Source of the DNA: Thermoproteota archaeon
Lineage (GTDB): Archaea > Korarchaeota > Korarchaeia > Korarchaeales > Korarchaeaceae
DNA: 64,000 nucleotides
Assembly (NCBI GenBank): GCA_027491435.1
Contig: JAOZFG010000003.1
Coordinates: forward strand, 8,085 to 72,084
Direction: 5' to 3'
The translations under genes and the position numbers were made by a program. The stretch's first letter is position 1; each line of letters starts with the position of its first letter. A model generated the notes under the pieces. That model saw nothing but the letters and a program-made list of their open reading frames with translations, was not told the origin of the DNA and ran no database searches. Below are positions 36,280-46,477 of the stretch, piece after piece.

Positions 36280-37893
36280 ATGCATAAAAGGCTTGTCATT
36301 CTGTTGCTTTTAGCGTTGCTGATCCCCATAAGCCCGACAAAGGCTTTTGGTAAGGACGTAGTCATTCTCTCCAACGACATAGACGAGCAGGCGGCTATGA
36401 TCGTTAAGAAGGCTTTTGAGGATACAGGCGCTGAAGTGGAGCTCCTTAAACCTGGAACGAAAATACCGCCTACCAAGTTGCTGGTAGTCATGGGCGGTCC
36501 CATGGCCCCTGAAGTTGGAAGTTTCGCTTCCCATCATCTGCCTGAATATGAAAGGAAATCCCTGATCTTCCAAAAGGGCTATTGGACCTGGTTTATAAAG
36601 CCGTTAAAGGATAAGAGCCTCGTCATAATAGCTGGTAACACAAGAAGGGAGACCAGGACCGCTGCTGAGGAGTTCGTCGCCCAAGGATTCCCGGAGTTCC
36701 TCACGAGCAAGGGAGTAAGCAACCTGTTCACTGAGGAGGAGCTCAGGAAGGGAAAGGAATTTGGTTACGAGTGGGCCTGGAACGGGAAGAAGTACAGGAT
36801 CTCTGTGAAGATACCTCAAAATCTGTACGATTTCTACAGGGTTAAGCCTAGGATGAGCCTGGTGGCTGAGTACAACGAGACGGTTGGGGGTAGGAAGAGG
36901 AGCGACTTCATGATCACCTGGTACCTTATGGCTAAAACCCCCCATCAGGAGCCAGTCATCAAAGAGATAGCCTCTCAACTCGAAGAGATAGCTGATAAGG
37001 AGGGTCTCTCAGAATATGATAAGGCCTGGTTGGTCTCCTCCTTCGTGCAGAGCCTCACTTACCAGAGGGACCTAGGTAGCTTAGGAGGGGAATACCCCAA
37101 GTACGTGGTCGAGACTTTATGGGACGGAGGGGGCGACTGCGAGGACACGACCATACTCCTGATATCCCTGCTGAGGGAAATGGGCTACGACACAACTTTC
37201 CTTCTCATGCCTGGCCACGCCGCCGTCGCTGTGGCTTTGAACCCTGGGGACGTCAAGGGGCCCAGGGTCAGGAACTCTGTAGAGGAGTATGGATACCTCT
37301 CCTTGGTTCTCGTAGACTCGGATGACCTGTACAAGAAGTACGTCTCCTACGTCAGAGGCGGAGATATACCTGTACTTGAGTTCAAGCTCAATGGGAAGAG
37401 TTACTTTTACGTGGAGACTACAGGAGAAGGCTGGAAGCCCGGCTGGGTGCCTTATCTTCTAGTCCTTGGGTACTTTAAGAAGTTTCCGATATACGTGATA
37501 AGCGTCGACAGGGCGCCCTTGCCCCTTATAGCTGACTACGTGACCGTCGTCAGGAAGGCAAATAACGGAATTGGCCTATCCATACTAGTGAAGGTGATGA
37601 ACGCTGGCGAGGAAGAGGCCCCAAGTACTAGGCTTATAGTGGGCATAACTCCGGGATCTGAGGTCAAGGTGGGCGGCGTGAAGCCCAACGTCAGGGGAGA
37701 GGTCACAGTTAAGGCTTCCGTCAAGGAGTTTCCTACGAAGTACGAGGTGGAGATACCTGAGCTTGAGCCTGGGGAGAGCAGGTTCCTGCTGATCACCCTG
37801 TACTATGGGGGAGGGACCGCTGTGGAGACCATCACCCTGAAGCTGGGCAAGGTCAACGTGGATAACGTGAGGACAAGGCCCCTCAACCCCTAG
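36280..37893 (+). CDS. Secreted transglutaminase-like cysteine protease-fold protein with S-layer-like N-domain and Ig/CARDB-like C-domain
   Basis: Signal peptide; SNDID...GGPMAP domain; GDCED, PGHAAVAV and YVETT triad motifs; VMNAG...IPELEPGES CARDB-like segment. Confidence 0.75.
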   Translation: MHKRLVILLLLALLIPISPTKAFGKDVVILSNDIDEQAAMIVKKAFEDTGAEVELLKPGTKIPPTKLLVVMGGPMAPEVGSFASHHLPEYERKSLIFQKGYWTWFIKPLKDKSLVIIAGNTRRETRTAAEEFVAQGFPEFLTSKGVSNLFTEEELRKGKEFGYEWAWNGKKYRISVKIPQNLYDFYRVKPRMSLVAEYNETVGGRKRSDFMITWYLMAKTPHQEPVIKEIASQLEEIADKEGLSEYDKAWLVSSFVQSLTYQRDLGSLGGEYPKYVVETLWDGGGDCEDTTILLISLLREMGYDTTFLLMPGHAAVAVALNPGDVKGPRVRNSVEEYGYLSLVLVDSDDLYKKYVSYVRGGDIPVLEFKLNGKSYFYVETTGEGWKPGWVPYLLVLGYFKKFPIYVISVDRAPLPLIADYVTVVRKANNGIGLSILVKVMNAGEEEAPSTRLIVGITPGSEVKVGGVKPNVRGEVTVKASVKEFPTKYEVEIPELEPGESRFLLITLYYGGGTAVETITLKLGKVNVDNVRTRPLNP

Positions 37894-37901
37894 GTGATCC
37901 C

Positions 37902-39047
37902 ATGGCTGGGGACGTCTTCGGGAGGGCCCTCCGGCTCATTTCTTTCGGGGAAAGCCATGGAAAGGTTGTTGGAGCCGTCCTTGAGGGCGTTCCCGCCGGC
38001 CTTCCCTTATCTGAGGGGGACATACAGTGGCTCCTTGACCTGAGGAGGCCCGGGCAGTCTTCAGTCACCACCACCAGGAGAGAGGAGGACAGGGTCAAGA
38101 TACTCAGCGGGGTCTTCAAGGGGAAGACCACCGGAGCCCCCATAGCAATGGTCGTTGAGAATGAAGACGTGATATCCTCCTATTACGAGGAGTACTTCCA
38201 CAGGCCTAGGCCGGGACACGCCGACTACGTGGCCAGGCTGAAGTATGGGGGCTTCAACGACTACAGGGGAGGGGGCAGGTTCTCAGGAAGGATAACCGTG
38301 TCCATGGTGATGGGCGGGGCCGTGGCCATGAAGCTCCTCAAACTAATTGGAGTGGAGGTCATGGCCTACACGCTGGAGATAGGAGGAGTTAAGGCTGAAA
38401 ATTTCACCTTAGAGGACGTGAGAGCCAGGTACAGGAATGAAGTTAGAACCCCCGACGGGGAGGCGGCCCTTAAGATGAGGGAGGTAATAGAGAGGGCTAG
38501 GAGGAAGGGGGACAGCGTAGGTGGCATAGTGGAGGTTCTGGCCCTCAACCTGCCTCCGGGGCTAGGGGAGCCCATCTTTGACACGATAGAGGGGGACCTA
38601 GCCAAGGCCATGTTCGCTATCCCAGCGGTGAAGGGAGTAGAATTCGGCTCTGGTTTTAAAGCGGCTAGAATGATGGGATCTGAACACAACGACCCCTACA
38701 TCATCAGGAACGGCAAGGTTTCCTTTGCCTCCAACAACCACGGGGGCGCGCTGGGGGGAATGACCACAGGAGCCCCCCTGGTCATGAGGGTCGCCTTTAA
38801 GCCCACAGCCTCGATAGCTAAGCCCCAACGAACCGTGGACCTCAGGACCATGGAGGAGGTCACTATAAGAGTGAAGGGCAGACACGACCCCTGTATAGTG
38901 CCCAGAGCTGTCCCGGTGGTGGAGGCGATGACCTCTTTAGTCCTGGCTGACCATGCAATTTTATCAGGGTACATACCCAAGGTTCTCGAAGGTGCCCCTG
39001 ATGGAGGTAAGGGAGAGGATAAGGGAGGTCACCCTGAAGATCTTTGA
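37902..39047 (+). CDS. aroC: Chorismate synthase
   Basis: FGESHG, RPGHAD, DYRGGGRFSGR and KGRHDPC. Confidence 0.97.
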   Translation: MAGDVFGRALRLISFGESHGKVVGAVLEGVPAGLPLSEGDIQWLLDLRRPGQSSVTTTRREEDRVKILSGVFKGKTTGAPIAMVVENEDVISSYYEEYFHRPRPGHADYVARLKYGGFNDYRGGGRFSGRITVSMVMGGAVAMKLLKLIGVEVMAYTLEIGGVKAENFTLEDVRARYRNEVRTPDGEAALKMREVIERARRKGDSVGGIVEVLALNLPPGLGEPIFDTIEGDLAKAMFAIPAVKGVEFGSGFKAARMMGSEHNDPYIIRNGKVSFASNNHGGALGGMTTGAPLVMRVAFKPTASIAKPQRTVDLRTMEEVTIRVKGRHDPCIVPRAVPVVEAMTSLVLADHAILSGYIPKVLEGAPDGGKGEDKGGHPEDL

Positions 39048-40320
39048 GCTCTACGGGGAAAGGATGAGGCTCGTTAACAGCATTGCCAGGGTAAAGAGGG
39101 AGAAGGGACTTCCAGTAAGGGATAGGGAGGTGGAGGCCTCCCTGTGGGAGGCCGTCAAGAGGAAGTGCCAGGAGGAAGGGTTAAACGAGAGGAACTGTGA
39201 GAGGATGTTCGCCCTCCTTATAAGCTCGTCCATTGAGGCTCAGGTGCCCAAGTCCGGGGCTGGCGCCCACATAGAGATATTTAGAAGGGCTAAGGCCATG
39301 GAAAGGGAGGGCAGGAAGGTCTACCACCTGGAGGTAGGAGAACCCGCGTGGGGCCCGCCTGAGGAAGCCTTGGAGGCCCTCTTCGACTCTGTCAGGAAGG
39401 GGGAGATAAGGTACGGACCCTCCACAGGGTTGCCCAGGTTTAAGGAGGCGGCCTCAAGGTGGGTCAGCAGGAGGGACGGCGTAGATGTGGGGCCTGATTC
39501 CTTAGTCCCCACCCCCGGATCCAAGTTCGCCCTTTTCGCGTTGATGTCAATGCTGACCGACAAGGGGGATAGGGTGGGGTTGATAAGGCCTACCTGGCCG
39601 GGATACCTGGGGATAGCCTCATCTCTGGGACTAGAGGTCGTTTCCGCCGAGGAGGACTTCGAAGCCCTCAGGGGCTCTCGAGTGATAGTGGTGTGCTCTC
39701 CAAACAACCCAGATGGTAGGGTTCTCTCCAGGAGCCAGCTTGAGGAGCTAGTTGAAGTTGCTTCTGAATCCAACTCTTACATAGTGAGCGATGACGCCTA
39801 CGCTGAGCTTTCCTTCGTTGAGAGGACCCCGGTCACTAAGATCTACGAGAGGGCCATAAGCGTAAACTCCATGTCTAAGGCGTTCGGAATGACCGGCTTC
39901 AGGATAGGCTACGTCTACGGGCCTAAAGAGGTGGTTGACTCTCTGGCCAAATTTCTAGCCGTTACGGTGACCAACGTCCCTGAGTTCATACAGGAAGCCG
40001 CTGGGGCTGCCTTGGAGGTTGGTGAAAAGCATCTAGCCCAAGTTAGGGAGAGGCTCTCTAGCATGTTGAGGTTTGCTGAGGAGAACCTTAAGAACACGAA
40101 GCTGGAGTTCAAGAGGCCTGATGGTGGCCTATACCTCTTTCCTAGGGTTGAGCTCGATGGATTTGACTCTCTGCAGTTCTCTAGGGAGCTTCTAGAGAAA
40201 AAGGGAGTTGCTGTAGCCCCTGGAATAGCTTTTGGCCCCTACCCGGACAGGATAAGGGTCACCTTCGCCAGCATGCACGGGTACGAGGGGATCCCCCTGT
40301 TAAAGGAGGCATTAGCTTGA
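39001..40320 (+). CDS. Chorismate mutase (AroQ-like) fused to a class I/II PLP aminotransferase
   Basis: N-terminal RERIREV...ERMRLV...KREKGLPVRDREVE; then LEVGEP, SPNNPDG, SDDAY and SMSKAFGMTGFRIGY. Confidence 0.88.
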   Translation: MEVRERIREVTLKIFELYGERMRLVNSIARVKREKGLPVRDREVEASLWEAVKRKCQEEGLNERNCERMFALLISSSIEAQVPKSGAGAHIEIFRRAKAMEREGRKVYHLEVGEPAWGPPEEALEALFDSVRKGEIRYGPSTGLPRFKEAASRWVSRRDGVDVGPDSLVPTPGSKFALFALMSMLTDKGDRVGLIRPTWPGYLGIASSLGLEVVSAEEDFEALRGSRVIVVCSPNNPDGRVLSRSQLEELVEVASESNSYIVSDDAYAELSFVERTPVTKIYERAISVNSMSKAFGMTGFRIGYVYGPKEVVDSLAKFLAVTVTNVPEFIQEAAGAALEVGEKHLAQVRERLSSMLRFAEENLKNTKLEFKRPDGGLYLFPRVELDGFDSLQFSRELLEKKGVAVAPGIAFGPYPDRIRVTFASMHGYEGIPLLKEALA

Positions 40321-41114
40321 GGGCCCTGGTAGTGGGAGCCGGCTCAATGGGAAGCTGGTTTGCCAGGCTTCTCTCGGAGAGAGGATGGGAAGTGGACCTC
40401 CTAGACGTCTCCTACGAGAGGGCCTTAAGGGCCTCAAAAGAGATTGGGGGGAGGGCGGTCAAGGAGCCCTCCTCCAGTTACGGGCTGGCTCTAATAGCGG
40501 TTCCCATAAGGGAGACCCCTAAAGCAATAATGGAGCACCACGAAAGGGCAGAGGTGGTGGTGGAGATATCCTCCGTTAAGAGCGGGGTTGTGGGCCTGAT
40601 AAGGAAAGCAGAGCTTGAAAACGTGCTCTCTATACACCCCCTCTTCGGGCCCGGGCTCGAGGACCCTGGAGAGGGCAAGGCAGTCCTGGTGCCAGTTAGG
40701 GACCCTGAGAGGGAGCTAAGGGTGGCTAAATCCCTCTTCCCCTTTAAGTTCTTGGTCAAGGACGTCGCCTCTCATGATAGGGCCATGGCCTGGTTGGCAG
40801 TATCTCACGCCGTGCTGAACGCCTTCTTGGCCTCTACTGAGGACGTGTCAGACTCCCTTGACGAGATGTCGACCACTACTGTAAGGGCCCTTCTCACGCT
40901 GGCTGGAGCTTCCCTAACTCAGAGCCCCTCCCTAACAGAGGAACTCATTAAGGAGAATCCCTTCTTTCAGCAGGAATTCTCTCGATTTTTGGGGGAGCTC
41001 TCCCGCTTCTCCGAGGATCCAACCTCGGTGATAAATAGGGTGAGGAGGTGGAGATCCCTCTTAAACGCTGACAGGTGCTACAAAGCCCTGTATAAGATGC
41101 TCAGGGAACTGTAA
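40317..41114 (+). CDS. tyrA: Prephenate/arogenate dehydrogenase
   Basis: VVGAGSMGSWFA, EISSVK, SIHPLFGP and HDRAMA. Confidence 0.9.
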   Translation: MRALVVGAGSMGSWFARLLSERGWEVDLLDVSYERALRASKEIGGRAVKEPSSSYGLALIAVPIRETPKAIMEHHERAEVVVEISSVKSGVVGLIRKAELENVLSIHPLFGPGLEDPGEGKAVLVPVRDPERELRVAKSLFPFKFLVKDVASHDRAMAWLAVSHAVLNAFLASTEDVSDSLDEMSTTTVRALLTLAGASLTQSPSLTEELIKENPFFQQEFSRFLGELSRFSEDPTSVINRVRRWRSLLNADRCYKALYKMLREL

Positions 41115-42039
41115 CTGGGTTCTGATCGGTGCTGGGCTCCACTTCCTTCTTAAGCTCTTCCTCCAGGAAGACAGGTCTCAGGAAGAGCGAGTAGTGCATC
41201 CTAGGTGAGTAAAACTTGGTCTTACCCTCAAGCCCCCTCTCCCTAAATCTCCTCTCCAGGTCCTCTAGGCTAAGCTGATCTGGCAGCGTGGAGAGGCCAC
41301 CGAAGGTGAAGGTCCACTCGTCGCTGAAGGATGGTACGTATGCCTTCGCCATGGTCACCTTTGGGAAGGCCTCCCCCATGGCCCTGAATATCCTCAAGAA
41401 GGCCACCCTGTTGTTGGTTAGCCCTTCGCTGTGGGTCACGGCGAGCCCGCCCTCCCTCAGTATTCCTCTAACGGCCTCGTAGAACTCCTTAGTGTAGAGC
41501 CTGGCAGCCTGCCCTTTGGGGTCTGTCACGTCCAGCACTACCACGTCGTACTTCTCCTCAGTAGTCTCCACGTAGGCCCTGCCGTCGTTGAACACTAACT
41601 TTACCCTTGGGTCCTCGAAAGCCCCTTGGGGCATCTCAGGTAGGTGCTCCTTGACGAGCTCTATGACCGATTTGTCCAGCTCGACTAGGGTAACCTCCTT
41701 GACAGGGTGCTTTAATATCTCCCTGAGCGCCCCTCCATCACCACCCCCTATGACCAAGACCTTCTCAGGGTTATCCAGCGTCAGCAAGGCTGGATGGATC
41801 AGGGTTTCGTGGTAGATGAACTCGTCCCCCAGGGAGAACATGGTGACGTGGTCTATGTAGAGGGACCTTCCCAAGAAGGGGGAATCCACTATCTCTATCA
41901 GCTGGCCGGCCTCGCTCTTGAAGGAGGTCACCACCCTATCAACAGCAGTTAGCGTGGCCATCCACTCGTTGACCATCTCAAGGTAGAGCAGGGTTCCATC
42001 GACTTCCATTATTCCGGGCTTGGGGAACTTGTACTTCAT
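41101..42039 (-). CDS. speE: Polyamine aminopropyltransferase (spermidine synthase family)
   Basis: DEFIYHETLIHP, VLVIGGGDGGALRE, VELD, DGRAY and LDVTDP. Confidence 0.93.
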   Translation of the reverse strand: MKYKFPKPGIMEVDGTLLYLEMVNEWMATLTAVDRVVTSFKSEAGQLIEIVDSPFLGRSLYIDHVTMFSLGDEFIYHETLIHPALLTLDNPEKVLVIGGGDGGALREILKHPVKEVTLVELDKSVIELVKEHLPEMPQGAFEDPRVKLVFNDGRAYVETTEEKYDVVVLDVTDPKGQAARLYTKEFYEAVRGILREGGLAVTHSEGLTNNRVAFLRIFRAMGEAFPKVTMAKAYVPSFSDEWTFTFGGLSTLPDQLSLEDLERRFRERGLEGKTKFYSPRMHYSLFLRPVFLEEELKKEVEPSTDQNPVTVP

Positions 42040-42117
42040 ACGACTTCCGGCGGTGGACAAATAAAAGTGAATGGTCATAACTTATCTTGATCAGGTGTCG
42101 TTAGGGAGGGTGCGAGT

Positions 42118-43491
42118 TTGAGCTGGTCCGTCTTAAAGGCGTTAAGAGAAAATCCAGATGTTCTCAGGGAGAACCTGAGGAAGAGGTTCATGCCAGCTGA
42201 GCTGGTGGATAAGGCCCTGGAGCTAGATAAGAAGTGGAGGGAGGTGGTGACCGAGCTAAATCAGGTGAGGGAGAAGAGAAATAAGATAAATAGGATGATC
42301 CCCCGAGTTTCAAAGGAAGAGAGGGAAAAGCTGATTAAGGAATCTAAGGAGCTGGCCAGATTAGAGGAAGAACTTAACAGGAAGGCTAGAGAGCTTAGTG
42401 AGGAGAGGGATAGAGTTCTTAGCTCTCTTCCAGCCCTACTCCACGAATCAGTTCCCATAGGGCCTGATGAAACCTATAACAAGCCTATCAGATTCTGGGG
42501 GAAGCCAAGGGTTCCCAAAAGCAAGCTTGAGAGTTTCCTTAAGGAAACGGATGGGTTTAAGGTAGAGTACGAGCTCATAGACTGGGAGCCCAGAGGTCAT
42601 GCGGATCAGCTTGAGCAGGTTCTTAAGCTAGGCGACACGCTCAGGGCTGCTGAGATATCAGGTAGGCGGTTCTTTTACCTTTACAAGGACATAGTTTGGC
42701 TCGAACAGGCCCTCATAATGCTGGCCCTAGACCATTTAACCAAGAAGGGGTTCGTGCCCGTTATACCGCCTTACATGATGAGGGAGAAGTATTACCTCGG
42801 GGTCGTCGATCTAGAAACGTTCAAGGACAGCATATACAAGGTGGAGGACGAGGACCTCTACCTAATAGCCACCTCAGAGCACCCGCTAATAGCTATGCAC
42901 GCTGGCGACACATTCGTGGAGGAGGAGCTCCCCAGGCTCTACGTCGGGGTCAGCCCCTGCTTCAGGAAGGAGGCTGGAACCCACGGGAAGGACACTAAGG
43001 GGATCTTCAGGGTCCATCAGTTCACCAAGGTGGAGCAGATAGTCTTCTCATTACCGGAGGAGAGCTGGAAGTGGCATGAGGAGCTCATAAAGAACGCTGA
43101 GGAAATCTACCAGATGCTGGAGATACCTTACAGGGTAGTTAACATAGCCTCCGGTGACTTGGGAGCTGTTGCCGCCAAGAAGTACGATTTAGAGGCCTGG
43201 TTTCCAGCACAGGGTAGGTACAGGGAGCTGGTTAGCTGTAGCAACTGTCTGGACTGGCAGAGCTATAGGCTCAGGATAAAGGTGGACAGGAAGGGCAGGA
43301 GGGAGTTCGTACACACCTTAAACAGCACGGCTTTGGCTACTACCAGGACCATAACTGCAATACTGGAGAACTTCCAGAGGGAGGATGGGTCTGTAGAGAT
43401 ACCTAAAGCCCTAAGGAAGTACCTAGAACCCTTTGAGGCCGCTCCAAAGGACGTGATAGTCCCTATAAAGGAGAAGTACGTGAAGACCTAA
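42118..43491 (+). CDS. serS: Seryl-tRNA synthetase
   Basis: N-terminal coiled coil, LIATSE, CFRKEAG...IFRVHQFTKVE, ELVSCSNC and HTLNST. Confidence 0.98.
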   Translation: MSWSVLKALRENPDVLRENLRKRFMPAELVDKALELDKKWREVVTELNQVREKRNKINRMIPRVSKEEREKLIKESKELARLEEELNRKARELSEERDRVLSSLPALLHESVPIGPDETYNKPIRFWGKPRVPKSKLESFLKETDGFKVEYELIDWEPRGHADQLEQVLKLGDTLRAAEISGRRFFYLYKDIVWLEQALIMLALDHLTKKGFVPVIPPYMMREKYYLGVVDLETFKDSIYKVEDEDLYLIATSEHPLIAMHAGDTFVEEELPRLYVGVSPCFRKEAGTHGKDTKGIFRVHQFTKVEQIVFSLPEESWKWHEELIKNAEEIYQMLEIPYRVVNIASGDLGAVAAKKYDLEAWFPAQGRYRELVSCSNCLDWQSYRLRIKVDRKGRREFVHTLNSTALATTRTITAILENFQREDGSVEIPKALRKYLEPFEAAPKDVIVPIKEKYVKT

Positions 43492-43564
43492 CAATACCTG
43501 CGTATTAAATTCGCCGGCAAGTAATTAATAAACGGGGATGTTCAGGAGACCTGAAGGGATGTAA

Positions 43565-46477
43565 ATGAAGGTGAAGGTCGCCCTCCTTGTGCTGCTTGGC
43601 TTGATTCTTTTGACGCTAATTCCAGTTAGAGCAGAGGGCTTCGGCGAGGTGTGGAGTGAACAGGTTAGAGAGCCCCTTATAACGGGAATTAGGGCCGTGG
43701 ATCCGACAATATACAAAGACTACTTGCTAGTGGTTGGCGGAAAGGGCAACAAGCTCCTAGCGTTCAAACTGGAGGATGGAAGCTTTTTGTGGGAACAGAG
43801 TTTAAGCGCTACGATAATAGCCCCTCCTGTGGTGGTTAACCTCTCTAAAGAGGTTCTAGTTGTGGTTCTAACCAGCACCAATGACCTCTTCGCCATGGAC
43901 CTTCTGAACAATGGAACCATAAGGATAAAGGGGCTCAAACTGGGGGTCAACTTAATCGACTCGAGGCCCGTGGTTAACGGAAACGACCTAATAGTTCCCA
44001 CGTATAAGGGCGCCTTATTGGTTAACCTCAGGATCCGGGAGTTAGTTGACAAGCTTGAGCTTAACTACACGGTCAAGAGCTTAGTCTATAAGGGAGTCCT
44101 CTACTTCGTGGGGGAGAACGCTGTTTCAGCCTACAACTACAGCGAGGGATTTAAATTCCTCTGGAGCAAGAGCTTCGATAAGGAGGTACTAAGGTGGGGC
44201 TTCGGCGAAGAGTATGGGGTGTTCTTGCTTGAAGACATGTCTTTAGTGTCCCTGAACCTGAAAAGCGGGGAGGAAAAGGTCAGAATTGGGAGGGAGTCCC
44301 TAGGAATACCTAAGGTGCCGCCCGCACCCGGTATTATACCAGTTAGAGAGCTGGCGCACATAGCCTTCAACGACGGCACCCTTCTCTACGTGGACCCAGC
44401 AACCCTTAAGGTGTTGGCTAGGGAGAAGACCTTCAAAGTGCCCGTTTACCAACCAGTTATTGTAGGAAATGCCATAGCTTACCTATCTGAGGATGGCAAC
44501 TTAACCCTCTACGATTACAGGAGGACTAGAACCCTTCTGAGGATGGCCTTCGAGGGAGTTCCCTCCAGCAACGTAGTGCTGGCGGAGACGAACAGCTCAT
44601 ACTATGCCACCTTCGTGGAGAGGAGCGGGCTCTTGAGGGTGTTTAGCATACCCAAGCACATACCCGTCGCTTCTATCAGTGAAAAGGACGGCAAGTACCA
44701 AGTGGAGGGCTACCTGTGCAGAATAGAGACGGAAGGAGAGCCGGCCACGATGGGCTATTACGTCATGGCACCAGATGGATCAATTATAGAGGAGAAGCCC
44801 AATCTTGGGGTTGTGAAGCCCGGCACTTGCGGTGGTTCTAAGTTCAGCCTTGAAATCTCCGGGCCATTCCTGCTGGGAGTTATCTTCAACGGCACCAAAG
44901 AATACCCTATTCACAGGGTAGGGACGGAGGCTTTACCTCCTGTAACTCAGACACAAACTCAGTCAGCACTTACTCAGACACAAACGTTAACTCTGACGAC
45001 GCAGCCAGCTCAAACCGTCAAGGTAGAGGTGCCTGCTAAAGTGAGCATAGGCGACTACCTAGTGGTTAAGGTGACCGGTCCCAACGTCTGGGGCGTTGAT
45101 AAGGTCACGGTGTCAGTTAGCGGGCCTAACGTTGAAGATGTCTCGAACACCTTCGATGTGGGAGACCAGCTGAACCTTCAGGTGAAGGCTAGAGCCGTAA
45201 AGGGAGGTAAGGGCGAGATAAGAGTTGAGTTAAGGTCTGACGGGAAAGTGTTGAAAGCCATCGAGAAACAAGTTGAGTTCGTAATGAGTGAAATTGTGAG
45301 CGTTAACGCTCCTAAGCAGGTCAGCTTGGGCGAGCAGTTCGGGGTGAGAGTAGCTATAATCAACAAAGTTAAAGATAAGGGCAACTTCACCGTCAAGGTT
45401 TTCCTAGATGGGCAGAGTAGCGTGGCTAACTTGGGCGCTCTCGGGTTTGGGGAGAGGAGGGAAGTAGACCTCAAGCTGAAGGCTGATAAGGAGGGGCTGC
45501 TCAACCTCATGGTTCAGGTTTTAGTGGACGGAGAGGTCGTTTACAGCAGAAGCTTTGGAGTTAGATCTGTTAAGAGGGCTCAGGCACCTCCAGCCGCTTC
45601 GCCGAGCCCCACTAAGCCCAGGCCATTACCGCCATCCCCCAGCGCTGGGAGGCAGGGGGCGATTCCAGAGGACATGACTAGTATATTGGAGATAGCCCTG
45701 GCAGTGGTGCTCGTCGTTGGAGTAATACTGTTGCTCAGGAGGTCTCTAACCAAGCCAGCTAAGAGACCTGCCAAGAGGAAGCCAGTAGAAGCTCCTCCAA
45801 TTGAAGTTACCGCTGAAGAGCTAATCCCCAGTGCTGAGGAAGAGGGATTCGAGTTAATCCCGGAGGAGGTCCCAAAGGAAGAGGCCAAGCCAGAGGAGGT
45901 GTCGATAGAAAGTGAAAGCAAGTTCTTTGAGCCTGCGGAGACCTCTGAGGTTACACCTCCAGAGGTTGAGGAGTTTAAAGTGCCGGAGGTGGAGATCGAG
46001 GAGTTACAACCCACAGAGCACCTACCACCTCCAATAGAGGATGAAGTTGTGGAGCTTATGGACAAAGCCAGAAGGAAGCTTTCCAGTGTAAAGATTAAGC
46101 TAGCTGAGCTGGAGGACATCCTGGGATTTGAGGCCGCTCCCTATAAACTTACGGACGTTGAGAGTAAGATCATGAACGCCGAAATGGCTTATAAAGCTAA
46201 AAACATGAAAAAGGCCAAGAACCTGCTGGAAGAGGCCCTTGAGGACTTAGAGTCCCTTGAGAGGGAGGTCGATGAGGCTAAAAAAGCTCTTGTAGACGGG
46301 TGGGGGTCGGTGGAGAGCAGGATCGAGGTGATGCTCAAGGTCTGGGGCAGGGCCCCAGCCAACATGCTGACTATGGTGCCCCCAGGCTTCAGGATAATAG
46401 CTTTGGAGAGGTACAGGAGGATGCACGAGGACAAAAAGTTGGAGTTAAGGGGGGATGAGCTCTACCTAGTGGAGTGA
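43565..46477 (+). CDS. Large single-pass surface protein: PQQ/BamB-like beta-propeller, Ig-like domains, TM helix, acidic cytoplasmic tail
   Basis: Signal peptide; propeller repeats (AFKLEDGSFLW, LNLKSGEEK); T/Q and Pro-rich linkers; TM IALAVVLVVGVILLL; Glu-rich helical tail. Confidence 0.75.
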   Translation: MKVKVALLVLLGLILLTLIPVRAEGFGEVWSEQVREPLITGIRAVDPTIYKDYLLVVGGKGNKLLAFKLEDGSFLWEQSLSATIIAPPVVVNLSKEVLVVVLTSTNDLFAMDLLNNGTIRIKGLKLGVNLIDSRPVVNGNDLIVPTYKGALLVNLRIRELVDKLELNYTVKSLVYKGVLYFVGENAVSAYNYSEGFKFLWSKSFDKEVLRWGFGEEYGVFLLEDMSLVSLNLKSGEEKVRIGRESLGIPKVPPAPGIIPVRELAHIAFNDGTLLYVDPATLKVLAREKTFKVPVYQPVIVGNAIAYLSEDGNLTLYDYRRTRTLLRMAFEGVPSSNVVLAETNSSYYATFVERSGLLRVFSIPKHIPVASISEKDGKYQVEGYLCRIETEGEPATMGYYVMAPDGSIIEEKPNLGVVKPGTCGGSKFSLEISGPFLLGVIFNGTKEYPIHRVGTEALPPVTQTQTQSALTQTQTLTLTTQPAQTVKVEVPAKVSIGDYLVVKVTGPNVWGVDKVTVSVSGPNVEDVSNTFDVGDQLNLQVKARAVKGGKGEIRVELRSDGKVLKAIEKQVEFVMSEIVSVNAPKQVSLGEQFGVRVAIINKVKDKGNFTVKVFLDGQSSVANLGALGFGERREVDLKLKADKEGLLNLMVQVLVDGEVVYSRSFGVRSVKRAQAPPAASPSPTKPRPLPPSPSAGRQGAIPEDMTSILEIALAVVLVVGVILLLRRSLTKPAKRPAKRKPVEAPPIEVTAEELIPSAEEEGFELIPEEVPKEEAKPEEVSIESESKFFEPAETSEVTPPEVEEFKVPEVEIEELQPTEHLPPPIEDEVVELMDKARRKLSSVKIKLAELEDILGFEAAPYKLTDVESKIMNAEMAYKAKNMKKAKNLLEEALEDLESLEREVDEAKKALVDGWGSVESRIEVMLKVWGRAPANMLTMVPPGFRIIALERYRRMHEDKKLELRGDELYLVE

